Below, in pieces: positions 14,325-14,380 of a stretch of 14,380 bases of DNA; the stretch's first letter is position 1, and each line of letters opens with the position of its first letter. This stretch comes from an uncultured bacterium (lineage in GTDB: Bacteria > Hydrogenedentota > Hydrogenedentia > Hydrogenedentales > JAEUWI01). The position numbers and the translations under genes were made by a program. A model generated the notes under the pieces. It was not told where the DNA came from. It did no database searches and worked only from the letters and a program-made list of their open reading frames with translations. The DNA is taken from contig CAXBPH010000178.1 in assembly GCA_963977445.1 (NCBI GenBank), forward strand, positions 1 through 14,380. The letters run 5' to 3'.

Positions 14325-14380
14325 TTAACCCGGATATTTCACAAAGTCCACCGTATTGTGTCCATCGACGGTTATGAACG
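14325..14380. mobile_element. Possible insertion-sequence terminus interrupting the MMPL gene at a TTAA site
   Basis: MMPL-like coding ends abruptly at TTAA (14325-14328), followed by CCCGGATATTTCAC. A different minus-strand frame ends ...FVKYPG-stop exactly at the junction. Only about 50 bp are visible. Confidence 0.35.

Overview
This window has two parts that meet at a minus-strand tRNA with a CAT anticodon (4662-4738). The left part (1-~4660) is more AT-rich by eye and looks like the tRNA-proximal end of an integrated element. It carries a partial CxxC gene, a DUF932-like gene, a ~1.1 kb non-coding region rich in hairpins, two orphan genes, and tandem 10-bp repeats resembling integrase arm sites next to the tRNA 3' end. 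No integrase is visible in the window. The right part is GC-rich backbone from a bacterium that is probably diderm. It encodes a membrane-anchored NagZ-like GH3 protein with degenerate catalytic motifs and three LysM domains, a REP/REPIN-like inverted repeat, a PQQ-like beta-propeller protein and an NlpI-like TPR protein. It ends in a tightly coupled minus-strand operon: MMPL/RND transporter, EhpF-like adenylating enzyme, alpha/beta hydrolase and secreted TPR protein. In that operon the hydrolase is frameshifted and the MMPL gene is 5'-truncated by what may be an IS end at the right edge. The best novelty candidates are the EhpF/MMPL operon, the structured non-coding region of the island, and the probable GH3 pseudo-enzyme/LysM fusion. 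All family assignments come from recognising motifs by eye, not from database searches.
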